From: Minisyncoccia bacterium
GTDB taxonomy: Bacteria; Patescibacteriota; Minisyncoccia; SW-4-49-11
NCBI GenBank assembly: GCA_044341565.1
Contig: JBIIRM010000002.1
Span: 1,812-65,811 of the forward strand
Length of the DNA: 64,000 bases
Reading direction: 5' to 3'
This document shows, in pieces, positions 29,096 through 39,638 of the stretch. Position 1 is the first letter of the stretch. The number at the start of each line of letters is the position of its first letter. The position numbers and the translations under genes were made by a program. The notes beneath the pieces were generated by a model, which did no database searches, was not told the DNA's origin, and was given only the letters and a program-made list of their open reading frames with translations.

Positions 29096-30262
29096 ATGTT
29101 TGAGATATCAGAGAAAATCCATGCTCTAAGACATGGTATATTAGAGACGACACATAATAATATATCTACTCCTTTTTTTATGCCCGTGGCCACTAAGGGT
29201 AGTATTCGAGGTATTGGTAATCAGGAAATACTAACTCAATTCCCAACCGATATTATCTTGATGAATACCTATCATCTGTATTTGAAACCAGGATATGAAT
29301 TAGTACATAAGCTAGGAGGATTACATCAATTTACCAATTGGCCCAAAGCTATTTTGACAGATAGTGGGGGATTTCAGGTATTTAGTTTATCTAATATTAA
29401 TAAAATTACTGAAGAAGGGGTATATTTCCGGTCTCATCTAGATGGAAGTGAGCATTTATTAAGTCCAGAAGAGTCTATTCGCACACAATATTATTTAGGT
29501 AGTGATATTATTATGGTTTTAGATGAATGTCCCCCTGGGAATTCTGATAGAGCCTATATTTTGAAATCATTAGAATTAACAACAAGATGGGCAAAACGCT
29601 CCAAAGATGAATTAGAAAGATTATTGCAAAGTGATCCCAGAAAAGATAATAGCAGACCATTATTATTTGGCATTGTACAAGGTGGTATTTATGAAGATTT
29701 ACGCAAATTAAGTTTAGCCCAATTACAAGAAATTGGATTTGATGGATATGCAATTGGAGGTGTTTCAGTAGGGGAATCGAGAGCTGATGTATTACAAGTA
29801 ATACAATGGATTACTCCATTATTACCGGAAAATAAACCTCGCTATTTGATGGGGCTTGGTAAACCAGAAGAAATTGCCTATGCCAGTTCACTTGGTGTAG
29901 ATATGTTCGATTGTGTTATCCCAACGAGAGAAGCCCGCCATGGTACAATATATGTTTGGAAATCAGCCAATAAGGAACAAGATGTACATCAATATTTACG
30001 TGATTTAGAGCAAAATAAAGAGTCAGCAAGTCTTCCAGAAATAAAATTCTTTGATATTCTCAAAATACAAAATCTTATATATCGGGAAGATACTCATACT
30101 ATTGATCCTTATGCTGAGTGGGAGGGATCTCAAGCATATACGAGAGCTTATATACGGCATTTGTATAATGTCAAAGAACAATATGCCCTAGAATATCTGA
30201 GTAGACATAATTTACAATTCTATTTGGAGATGATGCAATATATTAGATCATTTAAGGGATAA
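29096..30262 (+). CDS. tgt: Queuine tRNA-ribosyltransferase
   Basis: TPFFMPVATKGS, LTDSGGFQVFSL, LMGLGKPEE, DCVIPTR. Confidence 0.9.
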   Translation: MFEISEKIHALRHGILETTHNNISTPFFMPVATKGSIRGIGNQEILTQFPTDIILMNTYHLYLKPGYELVHKLGGLHQFTNWPKAILTDSGGFQVFSLSNINKITEEGVYFRSHLDGSEHLLSPEESIRTQYYLGSDIIMVLDECPPGNSDRAYILKSLELTTRWAKRSKDELERLLQSDPRKDNSRPLLFGIVQGGIYEDLRKLSLAQLQEIGFDGYAIGGVSVGESRADVLQVIQWITPLLPENKPRYLMGLGKPEEIAYASSLGVDMFDCVIPTREARHGTIYVWKSANKEQDVHQYLRDLEQNKESASLPEIKFFDILKIQNLIYREDTHTIDPYAEWEGSQAYTRAYIRHLYNVKEQYALEYLSRHNLQFYLEMMQYIRSFKG

Positions 30263-30266
30263 GAAT

Positions 30267-31010
30267 ATGAAAATAGGAGTATTATGGTTCCCTGGATGGA
30301 CATCAACAGAGCATGATTTACATGAAATGATGCAATATTTACAAGAAAAAGGTATTGAATATAAAAGTATTAATTTAAAGGGACATAATACCAAATCCTC
30401 TGATTTACATGGAGTAACATATCAGGATTGGCTATATCAAGCTGAGAGAGCTTATCTTCAGGCTATGAAAAAGTGGGATATTGTATTTGTAGGGGGGCTT
30501 TCTACTGGGGGGCAATTAGCTTTGTATATAGCTTCCAAATATCCGGTAAATGGGATTATTTCTATTGGTACTCCACTTCGTATTAAGATTCAATGGAGTA
30601 TGAGATATTTTGCTCATCTTCTCAAATATATACCCTATCAAATACAGAAAAAGAATTCATTTCCTGAAAAACGTATTCAAGAAATATCATTATCTCGTAA
30701 GGGAGCCTATAATTCTTTTCCTATTAGTTCAGCGGCTCAAGTGTATTTATTGACCAAACAGGTAAGAAGATTTTATATTAAAAAGGTGAAAGACCCAATT
30801 TTACTTATACAATCAACTACGGATCATTTGATACCAGATTATAATATTGATATATTCAAAAAATGGCTTAAAACTCCAGCCAAATATATTCAAACTATGT
30901 GGATTAAAGATTCCTATCATCTGGTAAATTTAGATCATAGTAAAGAAAAAGTATTTAAGAAAATATATGCATTTATTCAAAAATATAGTATGATACAAAA
31001 AGATAAATAA
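30267..31010 (+). CDS. Alpha/beta hydrolase (esterase/lipase-like)
   Basis: GGLSTGG nucleophile elbow (GxSxG); 247 aa. Confidence 0.6.
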   Translation: MKIGVLWFPGWTSTEHDLHEMMQYLQEKGIEYKSINLKGHNTKSSDLHGVTYQDWLYQAERAYLQAMKKWDIVFVGGLSTGGQLALYIASKYPVNGIISIGTPLRIKIQWSMRYFAHLLKYIPYQIQKKNSFPEKRIQEISLSRKGAYNSFPISSAAQVYLLTKQVRRFYIKKVKDPILLIQSTTDHLIPDYNIDIFKKWLKTPAKYIQTMWIKDSYHLVNLDHSKEKVFKKIYAFIQKYSMIQKDK

Positions 31011-31021
31011 TATATATATAT

Positions 31022-31699
31022 ATGTCAAATTTAGTATTCGATATTGAAACAGTAGGGGATAATTGGGAATCTTTAGATGTTGATACTCAAAAATATTTAT
31101 TAAAATATGCTGAGAATGAGGAGCAACAAGAATTAGTAAAGACCACATTAGGATTATATCCTCTTACAGGTCAAATTGTTGCAATAGGATTATATGACCC
31201 TGATAAAGATATTAAAAGTGTGTACTTACAGGCTCCTAATGGTAAATTAGAAGAACGATATGAAAAGGATGGAGTACATTATTTGGTGGGTAGCGAGGCT
31301 GAAATCTTAGAAAAGTTTTGGGCTACTATTCGCAAGTATTCAACCTTTATTACCTTTAATGGAAGATCATTTGATTGTCCTTATATTTTGATGCGATCAG
31401 CCATTCATCGTATTAAACCTACTAAAAATTTGATACCATATCGCTATTCTGATAAAGAGCATATTGATTTATTTGATCAATTAACATTTTATAATACAAC
31501 AAAACGATTTAATTTAGATTATTTTTGTAAACGATTTGGGATTACAAGTCCAAAAAGTGCTGGAGTTACCGGTTTAGATGTACCTCAGATGTTTATTGAT
31601 GGTAAATATCATGATATTGCAGAATATTGTATGAGAGATGTAGTCGCAACAGGTGAACTATTTCAAATTTGGCGAGATTATATTAAATCTTCTCTATGA
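31022..31699 (+). CDS. RNase H-like 3'-5' exonuclease domain protein (PolB-exonuclease-like)
   Basis: LVFDIETVG (Exo I-like DxE), FNGRSFDCPYI, and a C-terminal YCMRDV (Exo III-like). Confidence 0.55.
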   Translation: MSNLVFDIETVGDNWESLDVDTQKYLLKYAENEEQQELVKTTLGLYPLTGQIVAIGLYDPDKDIKSVYLQAPNGKLEERYEKDGVHYLVGSEAEILEKFWATIRKYSTFITFNGRSFDCPYILMRSAIHRIKPTKNLIPYRYSDKEHIDLFDQLTFYNTTKRFNLDYFCKRFGITSPKSAGVTGLDVPQMFIDGKYHDIAEYCMRDVVATGELFQIWRDYIKSSL

Positions 31700-32547
31700 G
31701 CCTTAAACTCTCAATTGTTATTTTAGCTTGGAATAATCAAAAAGATTTACAGGCTTGTATTGAGTCTATCAGGGATACATATAAGGAATATTATCAGCTT
31801 ATTATTATCGATAATGGCTCTACAGATAATACGGCTGCATATTTACAGGAATTAGATCAAATATGGGATAATAAGAAAGCTCTATTAACTATTATTACGA
31901 ATAAAGATAATTTGGGTTATGCTGCGGGGAATAATGTTGCCTTAAAACATATTCAGGGGGAATATACTCTTTGGCTTAATCAAGATATTGTAGTACAGCC
32001 AAGTAGTATTGAGGAATTGGTCGCTATATTAGATAGGCATTCTGAATATAGTATGGTGGCTCCTCAATTACAATATCCAGATGGGAGTATACAAAAAAGT
32101 TGTAGGCAGCTCCCGAACCCTAAACATATGCTCAGCTCAGTTATTAAGGGGGCATGGAATGATAATTTTGATTATACTCAAAGCCAAGAATGTGAACAAC
32201 CTATGGCATCAGCTATTATGATACGAAGTAGTATTATACAGGAAATTGGGGGATTTGATGATAATGCTGATTATTGGTTATTCTTTAATGATGTCGATTT
32301 ATCCAAAAATTTGCAATCAAGAGGATATATTACCTATTATGTAGCCCAGGCTCATATGTATCATTATCATGGGGCAAGCACTAAAAAACTTCTTAATATG
32401 AAGAAAAGACTATATTGGCAAAGGGGATTTAATCGATATTTTAGTAAATGGTATTATACTCAATGGTATCAAAAAATAGCATTATATATATTCTCATGGA
32501 TATTATTTGGAGGACTGAGTATAAGAGATGTAATTCGTGGAAAATAG
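31696..32547 (+). CDS. Glycosyltransferase family 2
   Basis: LSIVILAWNN, IIIDNGSTDNT, a DxD-like NQDIV, GGFDD. Confidence 0.8.
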   Translation: MSLKLSIVILAWNNQKDLQACIESIRDTYKEYYQLIIIDNGSTDNTAAYLQELDQIWDNKKALLTIITNKDNLGYAAGNNVALKHIQGEYTLWLNQDIVVQPSSIEELVAILDRHSEYSMVAPQLQYPDGSIQKSCRQLPNPKHMLSSVIKGAWNDNFDYTQSQECEQPMASAIMIRSSIIQEIGGFDDNADYWLFFNDVDLSKNLQSRGYITYYVAQAHMYHYHGASTKKLLNMKKRLYWQRGFNRYFSKWYYTQWYQKIALYIFSWILFGGLSIRDVIRGK

Positions 32548-32594
32548 TAGTAATATATGATATAATAGATAGCAATTAAGAACAAGATATTGGT

Positions 32595-34028
32595 ATGATT
32601 AAAACAAGAATAGCTCCCTCTCCTACAGGAAATCTTCATATAGGAACTGCAAGGACGGCATTATTTAATTATTTATACGCCAAAAATCAAAAAGGAATAT
32701 TTTCTATTCGTATTGAAGATACTGATATCGCTCGCTCAACTAAAGAATCAGAGCAAGATATTATAGAGGGATTAGAATGGCTTGGATTAATTCCTGATGA
32801 GGGTGTTTCGGTGAAAGGGGAAATAGGGGGGCTGGGACCTTATCGCCAAAGTCAAAGAGGGGATATATATAAACCCTATTTGGAACAATTAATACAAAGT
32901 GGCAATGCTTTTTGGTGTAATCTTACTGAACAAGAAATTGATATCTTAAAACAGCAGGCTAATGACAAAAACGAGCAATTTGTATTGAGGTCTCCCTATC
33001 GTGATCAGAGTATTGAGCCTACTCAAGAATCAGTTTTAAGATTTAAGGTAAGTGACACTAAAATTAGTTTTGAGGATAAAATTAAAGGATTCATTGAATT
33101 TGATACTTCTTTACTGGGTGATTTTGTCATAGCAAAAAATTTAGATTATCCTCTATATAATTTTGTAGTAGTAATAGATGATGAATTAATGCAAATTACC
33201 CATATTATCCGAGGAGATGATCATATCGCAAATACCCCAAAGCAAATACTTATTAATCAGGCTTTGGGATTTAGCCGTAAGAATTTTGCTCATTTACCTC
33301 TTATTCTGGCTCCTGATAAATCAAAAATGTCTAAGCGTTTTGGAGCAACCTCTATTCGAGAATATAAGGATCAGGGATATTTACCAGAAGCTCTTATTAA
33401 TTTCCTCGCTTTACTTGGATGGAATGAAGGAAATGATAGGGAATATTATACTATGGGTGAAATCATCGAGAAGTTTAGTCTTAAGCGGGTACAGAAAAGT
33501 GGAGCAATTTTTAATATTCAGAAATTAGACTCAATTAATTCTCATTATATCAAGCAATTAAGCCCTGAGGAACAAATTGAACTTGGTACTCAATATCTTA
33601 TACAAAATGGATTTGATATTGATATATGGAGCCCTAAACAGCTCAAAGCCATTATTCAACTCGAAATAAATCGTATCAAAAAATTTGCTGATATTGGTAA
33701 GGAAATTGGCTTTTTATGGAATCAGCCTGAATATAGTCCTGATATATTGGCTTTTAAGGCTATGACAAAAGAAGATAGTATTGTAAGTCTTGAGTGGTCT
33801 TATCAATTAGTGTATACTATAGAGGAAAGTCAATTTGATACAATAGAGTCTATTATAAAAGATGCTATACAAAAAGATAATAGACAAATGGGAGAAATAT
33901 TATGGCCTTTAAGAGTTGCATTATCGGGATTAGAAAAGTCGCCATCACCATTCGAGATGATCTCAATAATGGGTAAAGAGGAGACTCTAAAACGCATTCA
34001 ATATGCTCAAAATATGCTGAGAGAATAA
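32595..34028 (+). CDS. gltX: Glutamate--tRNA ligase
   Basis: RIAPSPTGNLHIGTARTALFN (HIGH) and KMSKR. Confidence 0.95.
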   Translation: MIKTRIAPSPTGNLHIGTARTALFNYLYAKNQKGIFSIRIEDTDIARSTKESEQDIIEGLEWLGLIPDEGVSVKGEIGGLGPYRQSQRGDIYKPYLEQLIQSGNAFWCNLTEQEIDILKQQANDKNEQFVLRSPYRDQSIEPTQESVLRFKVSDTKISFEDKIKGFIEFDTSLLGDFVIAKNLDYPLYNFVVVIDDELMQITHIIRGDDHIANTPKQILINQALGFSRKNFAHLPLILAPDKSKMSKRFGATSIREYKDQGYLPEALINFLALLGWNEGNDREYYTMGEIIEKFSLKRVQKSGAIFNIQKLDSINSHYIKQLSPEEQIELGTQYLIQNGFDIDIWSPKQLKAIIQLEINRIKKFADIGKEIGFLWNQPEYSPDILAFKAMTKEDSIVSLEWSYQLVYTIEESQFDTIESIIKDAIQKDNRQMGEILWPLRVALSGLEKSPSPFEMISIMGKEETLKRIQYAQNMLRE

Positions 34029-34067
34029 TTGACACAATATAAGTCCTAGAACAAACAAGAATACAAT

Positions 34068-35315
34068 ATGAAATTAAGACATACAATTGCAGTATTCAGT
34101 ATAATAGCCTTGATTATAACTCAAGGAGCTATTCCAGTATTAGCAGTAACCCAATCAGAGATTAATACAAAAAATGCTCAAATTCAAAAAATTGAACAAC
34201 AAATTCAAGCAATTCAGAATAAAAAAAATCAAACTTCACAGCAAAAAAGTAGTAAAGAAGCAGAAGTTAATGCACTGAGAGGACAGGTCAATCAATTGAA
34301 TTCAGATATTAAAAATTTGCAGGGACAATTAGTAGAAGTGGGCCAAAAATTAAATGAAACAGAAGGAAATATTCAAGAAACAACACAAAATATTCAAGAT
34401 TTAGAAAGTCAAATTGCAAGTAATAAAGAGACAATTAGAAGTTTAGTAGAGAGTTTATATAAGCAGTCTCAAGTAAAAAATGAAATCGTCGCAGCTGTAA
34501 GTGCAGATACATTATCTGAAGTATTCAATGAGGTAGAATATTCCGATACGATGCAAAGTAAAATACAAGTTCTTCTTGCTGATATTATGTCAAAAAAAGA
34601 AGCCCTAGATATAGCAAATCAAAATTTGTCCAATCAAAAGGCTACATTAGCATCTACACAGGGTACATTACAGGATAGAAAAGAATCAATTGAAAGTAAT
34701 AAAAATCAAGTTCAAAATCAAGCTCAAGCTTCTGCTGTAGCTGTAAATCAATTAAATTCTAGTCTTAATAGTTTGTCATCTCAGGAACAAGTGCTTGAGA
34801 AGCAAAGACGAGCAACAGCGGTTGAACTTGCTAATTTAGAAGCGGCTTTATCTCGTCAATTTGGAGGTGGGGGAACAGTATGTTCAGCTCGAGGATATTC
34901 TTGGCCTGTACAGGGGGGTAAAATTACACAAGGATATGGTATGACTTCATTTGCAAAAACAGGAGCTTATGGAGGTGCTGGACATAATGGCATTGATATT
35001 GGGGCTCCAAACGGTACTCCTGTATATGCTACCGCAGCAGGTACGGTGGTAAGTGTTGGATTTAATAATAATTCCTATGGAAAATGGATAGTAATTAAAC
35101 ATACAGACGGATACTTCTCATTATACGGTCACTTATCAGCTCAAAATGTATCAAATGGACAATCTGTCACCAGAGGACAGAGAATTGGGGCAATAGGTTC
35201 AACAGGTTTTGCAACAGGGCCTCATCTTCATTTTACGATTTATTTGCCTAATTCTCTCAGAATTGGATCTAGTCCACAGGGAGCTCCGGTAAACCCATCA
35301 AGTTGTGGCTATTAG
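34068..35315 (+). CDS. Secreted coiled-coil + M23 peptidase (murein endopeptidase, EnvC/PcsB-like architecture)
   Basis: Signal peptide; about 250 aa of Q/N/E-rich coiled coil; GHNGIDIGAPNGTPVYA...GPHLHFTI M23 motifs. Confidence 0.85.
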   Translation: MKLRHTIAVFSIIALIITQGAIPVLAVTQSEINTKNAQIQKIEQQIQAIQNKKNQTSQQKSSKEAEVNALRGQVNQLNSDIKNLQGQLVEVGQKLNETEGNIQETTQNIQDLESQIASNKETIRSLVESLYKQSQVKNEIVAAVSADTLSEVFNEVEYSDTMQSKIQVLLADIMSKKEALDIANQNLSNQKATLASTQGTLQDRKESIESNKNQVQNQAQASAVAVNQLNSSLNSLSSQEQVLEKQRRATAVELANLEAALSRQFGGGGTVCSARGYSWPVQGGKITQGYGMTSFAKTGAYGGAGHNGIDIGAPNGTPVYATAAGTVVSVGFNNNSYGKWIVIKHTDGYFSLYGHLSAQNVSNGQSVTRGQRIGAIGSTGFATGPHLHFTIYLPNSLRIGSSPQGAPVNPSSCGY

Positions 35316-35318
35316 TAT

Positions 35319-35768
35319 ATGAAAAAACGTTTAAGTAGTAAATCAACGACAAAATCTCCTTCAAAGCATTATGTTCGAAATGGATTTATTGGATTATTGC
35401 TTATTATAGCTATTGGATTTATTGCAAAGAATCTTTTTATTATATTTGAACGTAAATATGCAATAGAACAAGAAAAACAAGCATTAACTAAACAAGTTGC
35501 TCGTATTAAACAAGATTTTTTGTCTCTAGAGCAGATAAAAGAATATATTAGCTCTTCTGCTTATCAAGAAAAAGAAGCTAAACAAAAACTTGATCTCAAG
35601 AAACCAGGTGAACAAGTAGTATTAATAACTCCAGGCTCAATTACGGCTAATCTTAATGATCAAGATTTAGTATCAATTCTAAGAGCCCCCCAAGCCGAAA
35701 AAAGACTTCCAGCTCAAACCAATCCAGAGCGATGGTGGGCATTTTTCTTTGATAAAGAGCGATTATAA
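35319..35768 (+). CDS. Septum formation initiator (FtsB/DivIC-like)
   Basis: Basic N-terminus, a single TM, then the coiled coil AIEQEKQALTKQVARIKQDF and LDLKKPGEQVV. Confidence 0.6.
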   Translation: MKKRLSSKSTTKSPSKHYVRNGFIGLLLIIAIGFIAKNLFIIFERKYAIEQEKQALTKQVARIKQDFLSLEQIKEYISSSAYQEKEAKQKLDLKKPGEQVVLITPGSITANLNDQDLVSILRAPQAEKRLPAQTNPERWWAFFFDKERL

Positions 35769-35773
35769 TAATG

Positions 35774-35845
35774 TTGTCCGACCAGGACTCGAACCTAGAT
35801 TAACAGGACCAAAACCTGTCGTCCTACCAATTAGACGATCGGACA
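35774..35845 (-). tRNA. tRNA-Gln (anticodon TTG), CCA not encoded
   Basis: The reverse complement folds by hand into a cloverleaf: TGTCCGA/TC/GTCT-AATTGGTA-GGAC/G/ACAGG-TTTTGGT-CCTGT/TAAT/CTAGG-TTCGAGT-CCTGG/TCGGACA/A. Confidence 0.85.
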
Positions 35846-36081
35846 TATAAATTAAATTATATCAAATATTTTAGGATAAATCAATTATTTTTAATTTACT
35901 CCAAAGAATGGTGCAATAATATAAGAAAGTAGTCCTAATAATATGATGATAAAAAATATAATAAATACTGTTTTTTTAACAAAGCGTTTGAGTTTTGGGG
36001 AAATAGTCATAATTAATTGAAATTTTATCATATATAGTGTATAATACATCTATGAGTATAATAATGTCAAGATAAATCTGT

Positions 36082-36750
36082 ATGAAAAAAGAAGTTATAT
36101 CATTAGTGGTAGAAAAGCGTGAAAAGAAAGGAAGTAGCCAAAGTGTTATTTTACGAAAACAAGGATTAGTTCCAGGAGTATTATATGGAAGTGGACTGGG
36201 TAAGGCAAAGCCAGAATTAATACAAATTAATGCTCTTGAGCTTAATAAAATATTAGCTGAAGTAGAAGAGTCAACTCTTATTACTATTGTCTTGGGAAAA
36301 AAATCATATCCTACTCTTGTGAAGGATATTCAAAGAAATCCATTAAAGGCTGAAATTTTATCTATTGATTTTTTTGCACCTGATTTAAATGAAGAGGTTG
36401 AAACACCCGTAGTTCTTGAATTTGAGGGAGTATCTCAATCAGAAAAAGATGGAAATATTTTAATCAAAATTCATCAAGAAATAGAGGTAGCTGCTTTGCC
36501 TGGAGATTTGCCAGAACATATAGTAGTTGATATATCAACTCTTGAGACAGTAGATGATGTGATTCGTGTTTCTGATTTAGTATTCCCAAAGGGAGTTACC
36601 TCTTTACTTGAGGCAGAAGAATTAATTGCAATTACGGAAGCTCCACAATCGGAAGAAGAGCCAGAACTTAGCAAAGAAGAATTAGATGCTTTAGAGAAAT
36701 CTCAAGCTGAAAATAACTCTAAAGATAAAGAGGAAGAAGAAACAGAATAA
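36082..36750 (+). CDS. rplY: 50S ribosomal protein L25/general stress protein Ctc
   Basis: REKKGSSQSVILRKQGLVPGVLYG...VKDIQRNPLK; acidic C-terminal tail. Confidence 0.85.
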   Translation: MKKEVISLVVEKREKKGSSQSVILRKQGLVPGVLYGSGLGKAKPELIQINALELNKILAEVEESTLITIVLGKKSYPTLVKDIQRNPLKAEILSIDFFAPDLNEEVETPVVLEFEGVSQSEKDGNILIKIHQEIEVAALPGDLPEHIVVDISTLETVDDVIRVSDLVFPKGVTSLLEAEELIAITEAPQSEEEPELSKEELDALEKSQAENNSKDKEEEETE

Positions 36751-36758
36751 TATTTACT

Positions 36759-38117
36759 ATGAGTTCTAAAAACAAAAATAATTTCATCTCAAAAATCATA
36801 CAATATAGTAGTATATATGTATTGATATTGGGTTTTATTTTAATTCCTGCATATCCTGTATTAGCTAATTCTAAATTGGAAGACACCAAGAAGAATTTGA
36901 GTACTGAATTGACTAAAATTCAAGATTTAACTGATTCTAAAAAAGAAACTGATGTAAAAGTGAGAACATTGGCTAAAGAATTAGAGTCTCTTGATAATGA
37001 AATTAATTCTTCTCAAAAAAATCTTGATGCTACTAATAAAGATATTAATTCTATACAAACAGAATTAGGTGAAACTCGACAATATATTAGTACTTTGGAG
37101 CAAACAATTGTTGCTCAAAAATCTCTGATTAAGGAATATATTAGTAGTTTATATACTCAAAAAGATGTATCATTATTCGAGGTGGTATTATCTGAAGATC
37201 AATTATCTGAATTATTAGGTTCAGTGCAGAAAACAGGAGTTATGCAAGACTCTATTACTGAATCTATTGGTTTAATTCAAGCCAAAGAAAAAGAAATTGT
37301 ATCAGAAAAACAACATTTATTTGATAAAGAAGAAGAGCTAATTGCATTGAGACAGTCTCAAGAACAGCAAAAGAATTTATTAGAGCAAACTCAATCAGAT
37401 AAAGAAACCTTATTTGCCCAAACTAAAGGGGAGCAATCTCAATATGAAGCTTTATTAAAAGAATCATTTGCAACTAAGCAAAATCTTTTGAATAGTATTA
37501 AAGTATTAGGTGGTTCTGATGGAAGACCAGGAGCTATTTCTCTAGAAGAAGCTTATGCTTTGGCTTCGGCTAATACGGCAAGACTTGGTAATAAAATACG
37601 TCCAGAATATTTAGTCGGTGTGATGAAAACAGAGTCTGGACTTGGAGGTAATGTAGGGAGGTCATTTTATAAAGATTCATTAAGTGGATGTGCTGCACGT
37701 GAAGGGAATACCACAAAATTAAATTATACTCGCGAAGAACAATCTTTTGAAAAAATTACTTCTGCATTAAATTTACCAATTACTCAACCGGTATCTGGAT
37801 GTCCTTATCCTAAATATATTGGAACGGGAGGAGCTATGGGGCCTGCTCAAGTAATGCCTGCAACATGGCTTGGCTATGAAGGAAAATTAAAAGGATTAAA
37901 AGGGTCAGCTGTAAGCCCATGGAGTATTGAAGATGCTATGCTGGCAATGGGAATGATTTTACTTGGTAAAGTGGGGGATCAATCTATTGCAGGTAATGAG
38001 GAATTAGAACGTAAAGCTGCCTTATGTTATCTTGGGGGATGTAATGTTAAGAATATGTGGTATGCAGATACAGTATTAAATGAAGCTACAAGAACCAAAG
38101 AATTACTTGGAAAATAA
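36759..38117 (+). CDS. Secreted coiled-coil + lytic transglycosylase (SLT_2/MltB-like) protein
   Basis: N-terminal TM/signal, a long coiled coil, then VMKTESGLGGN and GGAMGPAQVMPATW motifs. Confidence 0.65.
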   Translation: MSSKNKNNFISKIIQYSSIYVLILGFILIPAYPVLANSKLEDTKKNLSTELTKIQDLTDSKKETDVKVRTLAKELESLDNEINSSQKNLDATNKDINSIQTELGETRQYISTLEQTIVAQKSLIKEYISSLYTQKDVSLFEVVLSEDQLSELLGSVQKTGVMQDSITESIGLIQAKEKEIVSEKQHLFDKEEELIALRQSQEQQKNLLEQTQSDKETLFAQTKGEQSQYEALLKESFATKQNLLNSIKVLGGSDGRPGAISLEEAYALASANTARLGNKIRPEYLVGVMKTESGLGGNVGRSFYKDSLSGCAAREGNTTKLNYTREEQSFEKITSALNLPITQPVSGCPYPKYIGTGGAMGPAQVMPATWLGYEGKLKGLKGSAVSPWSIEDAMLAMGMILLGKVGDQSIAGNEELERKAALCYLGGCNVKNMWYADTVLNEATRTKELLGK

Positions 38118-38176
38118 AATCCCCTCACACTAAACAGAGAAAAGGGGATTGATTTAATTTATGTTATAAGGTCTTT

Positions 38177-38764
38177 TTATAGGGAGGGTACGGAAGCGGT
38201 GTATTTGCTCCATGCATGAATTTGTCCTTCGGTTAGGTTTTGAGCCTTTTGTACGGTATCTGATAAATCATCTAGACTAAAAGCAATATCTTGTCCAGCA
38301 TTAAGACTTTTTTGATAATAGGTATTTTTCAATACTGTTTCAGCATATAGTCTTTGTTCTTTTGACAGAGATATATTTTTCTCTTTGATATACTCAGATA
38401 CTGCATTTCGAGCTAAATGAGTGACCCCATCACCCATTCTTGCCTTTACCGTAATCTCAGAGTCATTTTTTTGAATATCTACACTCGTATCATTATTCTT
38501 TTTTTCATCTTCAGTCTTTGCAGCTTCGTCTTGATTCTCAGTCTTATCAGTCATTTCATCCTGTGTCTTATCTTCGTCTTTCTTTATATCTTCAACTTTC
38601 TCTTCTACGCTCTTATCTTTCTTATCAGTATTGGTATCTCGGTTGAATGCATATACTCCACTAACTATCAAGAATATGATTAAAAATATTGATAAAATAT
38701 TTTTAGCCCAAAATCCTTGCTCTTCTTCTGGTTGTTCTTCTGTTGTTTTCTTTTCTTCACTCAC
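38177..38764 (-). CDS. Hypothetical membrane-anchored protein with acidic/lysine-rich linker
   Basis: 195 aa. TM ILSIFLIIFLIVSGVYAF, a D/E/K-rich low-complexity region, and a small C-terminal domain. Confidence 0.5.
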   Translation of the reverse strand: MSEEKKTTEEQPEEEQGFWAKNILSIFLIIFLIVSGVYAFNRDTNTDKKDKSVEEKVEDIKKDEDKTQDEMTDKTENQDEAAKTEDEKKNNDTSVDIQKNDSEITVKARMGDGVTHLARNAVSEYIKEKNISLSKEQRLYAETVLKNTYYQKSLNAGQDIAFSLDDLSDTVQKAQNLTEGQIHAWSKYTASVPSL

Positions 38765-38792
38765 TTCTATTCACCTCCTTTCTTTGATTAAT

Positions 38793-39638
38793 CTATTGAT
38801 TGAATTCTATCAGTATATGTCGGTCTAAACCTTGTAAATCTGGATATATGGTTATATTAGATGCTACAAAGATTGTCTGTATAATATCTTGTAAAGGACT
38901 GACTTGTTCAGGGTTTATCTCAATTAATATCTTGGGATATACAATAAAACAACTCTTAATATCTTGTATTAACCTGATATAATGCTCTAATCCATTATTA
39001 TTGGAATAAAGCGCTAAATCTGGTTCATATAAAAGGGAGTCGTCTGTATATTGATTTTGATCGAGATAAGGTAAATTTGCAATAATTAAATTAGGTTGTA
39101 ATTCTTGAGGGAATACATCAATAAGATCTCCCTCAAAAAACTCAATAAGACTTTGCTTACCTGTAATTAGTATAGCATTATTTTGTGCAATCTGTAAGGC
39201 TAATGGGGATATATCAGAGGCATATATGTCAGCATTTGGCATTTCAATAGCTAGAGTAACAGCAATACAACCGCTACCAGTACCGATTTCCCAAATAATG
39301 GGGTGGGCAATATTCTCAAATACTATTTTTGTAATATCAATAATAGCTTCAGTTTCTGGGCGAGGTATTAATACCTGTTCATTCACGATAAAGTCTCGTC
39401 CATAAAATTCTTTATGTCCTATAATATAAGCAATTGGCTTATGCTTTAGCCTCTCCTGTACACATTCTTGTATAGCCTCTATTTCCCTAGTCAATATAGT
39501 ATCCTCCTGATGCATTATAGTCTCAAGTTTATTGAGCCCTAATACATATTCAATAATAATATAGGTATCCAATTCAGGAGTAGGGGATAGAGATTGAAGA
39601 GTAGTATTACTCTGTTGTATTATTTCTTTGATAGTCAT
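38793..39638 (-). CDS. prmC: Release factor glutamine methyltransferase
   Basis: GTGSGCIA SAM motif and IIANLPY (NPPY-type) motif. The track ORF begins at a GTG at 39668; the ATG at 39638 (MTIKEIIQQS) is preferred. Confidence 0.8.
   Translation of the reverse strand: MTIKEIIQQSNTTLQSLSPTPELDTYIIIEYVLGLNKLETIMHQEDTILTREIEAIQECVQERLKHKPIAYIIGHKEFYGRDFIVNEQVLIPRPETEAIIDITKIVFENIAHPIIWEIGTGSGCIAVTLAIEMPNADIYASDISPLALQIAQNNAILITGKQSLIEFFEGDLIDVFPQELQPNLIIANLPYLDQNQYTDDSLLYEPDLALYSNNNGLEHYIRLIQDIKSCFIVYPKILIEINPEQVSPLQDIIQTIFVASNITIYPDLQGLDRHILIEFNQ

Noticed and set aside
31011-31022. (TA)6 tract between the esterase stop and the exonuclease start.
   Set aside because: It is short, lies in an 11-nt intergenic gap inside an apparent operon, and is expected by chance at this base composition.
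35846-36081. A possible small minus-strand membrane-protein ORF in the tRNA-Gln/rplY spacer.
   Set aside because: Careful re-reading gives only an 11-codon frame (ATG ACT ATT TTC CCC AAA ACT CAA ACG CTT TGT TAA), so it is not credible as a gene.
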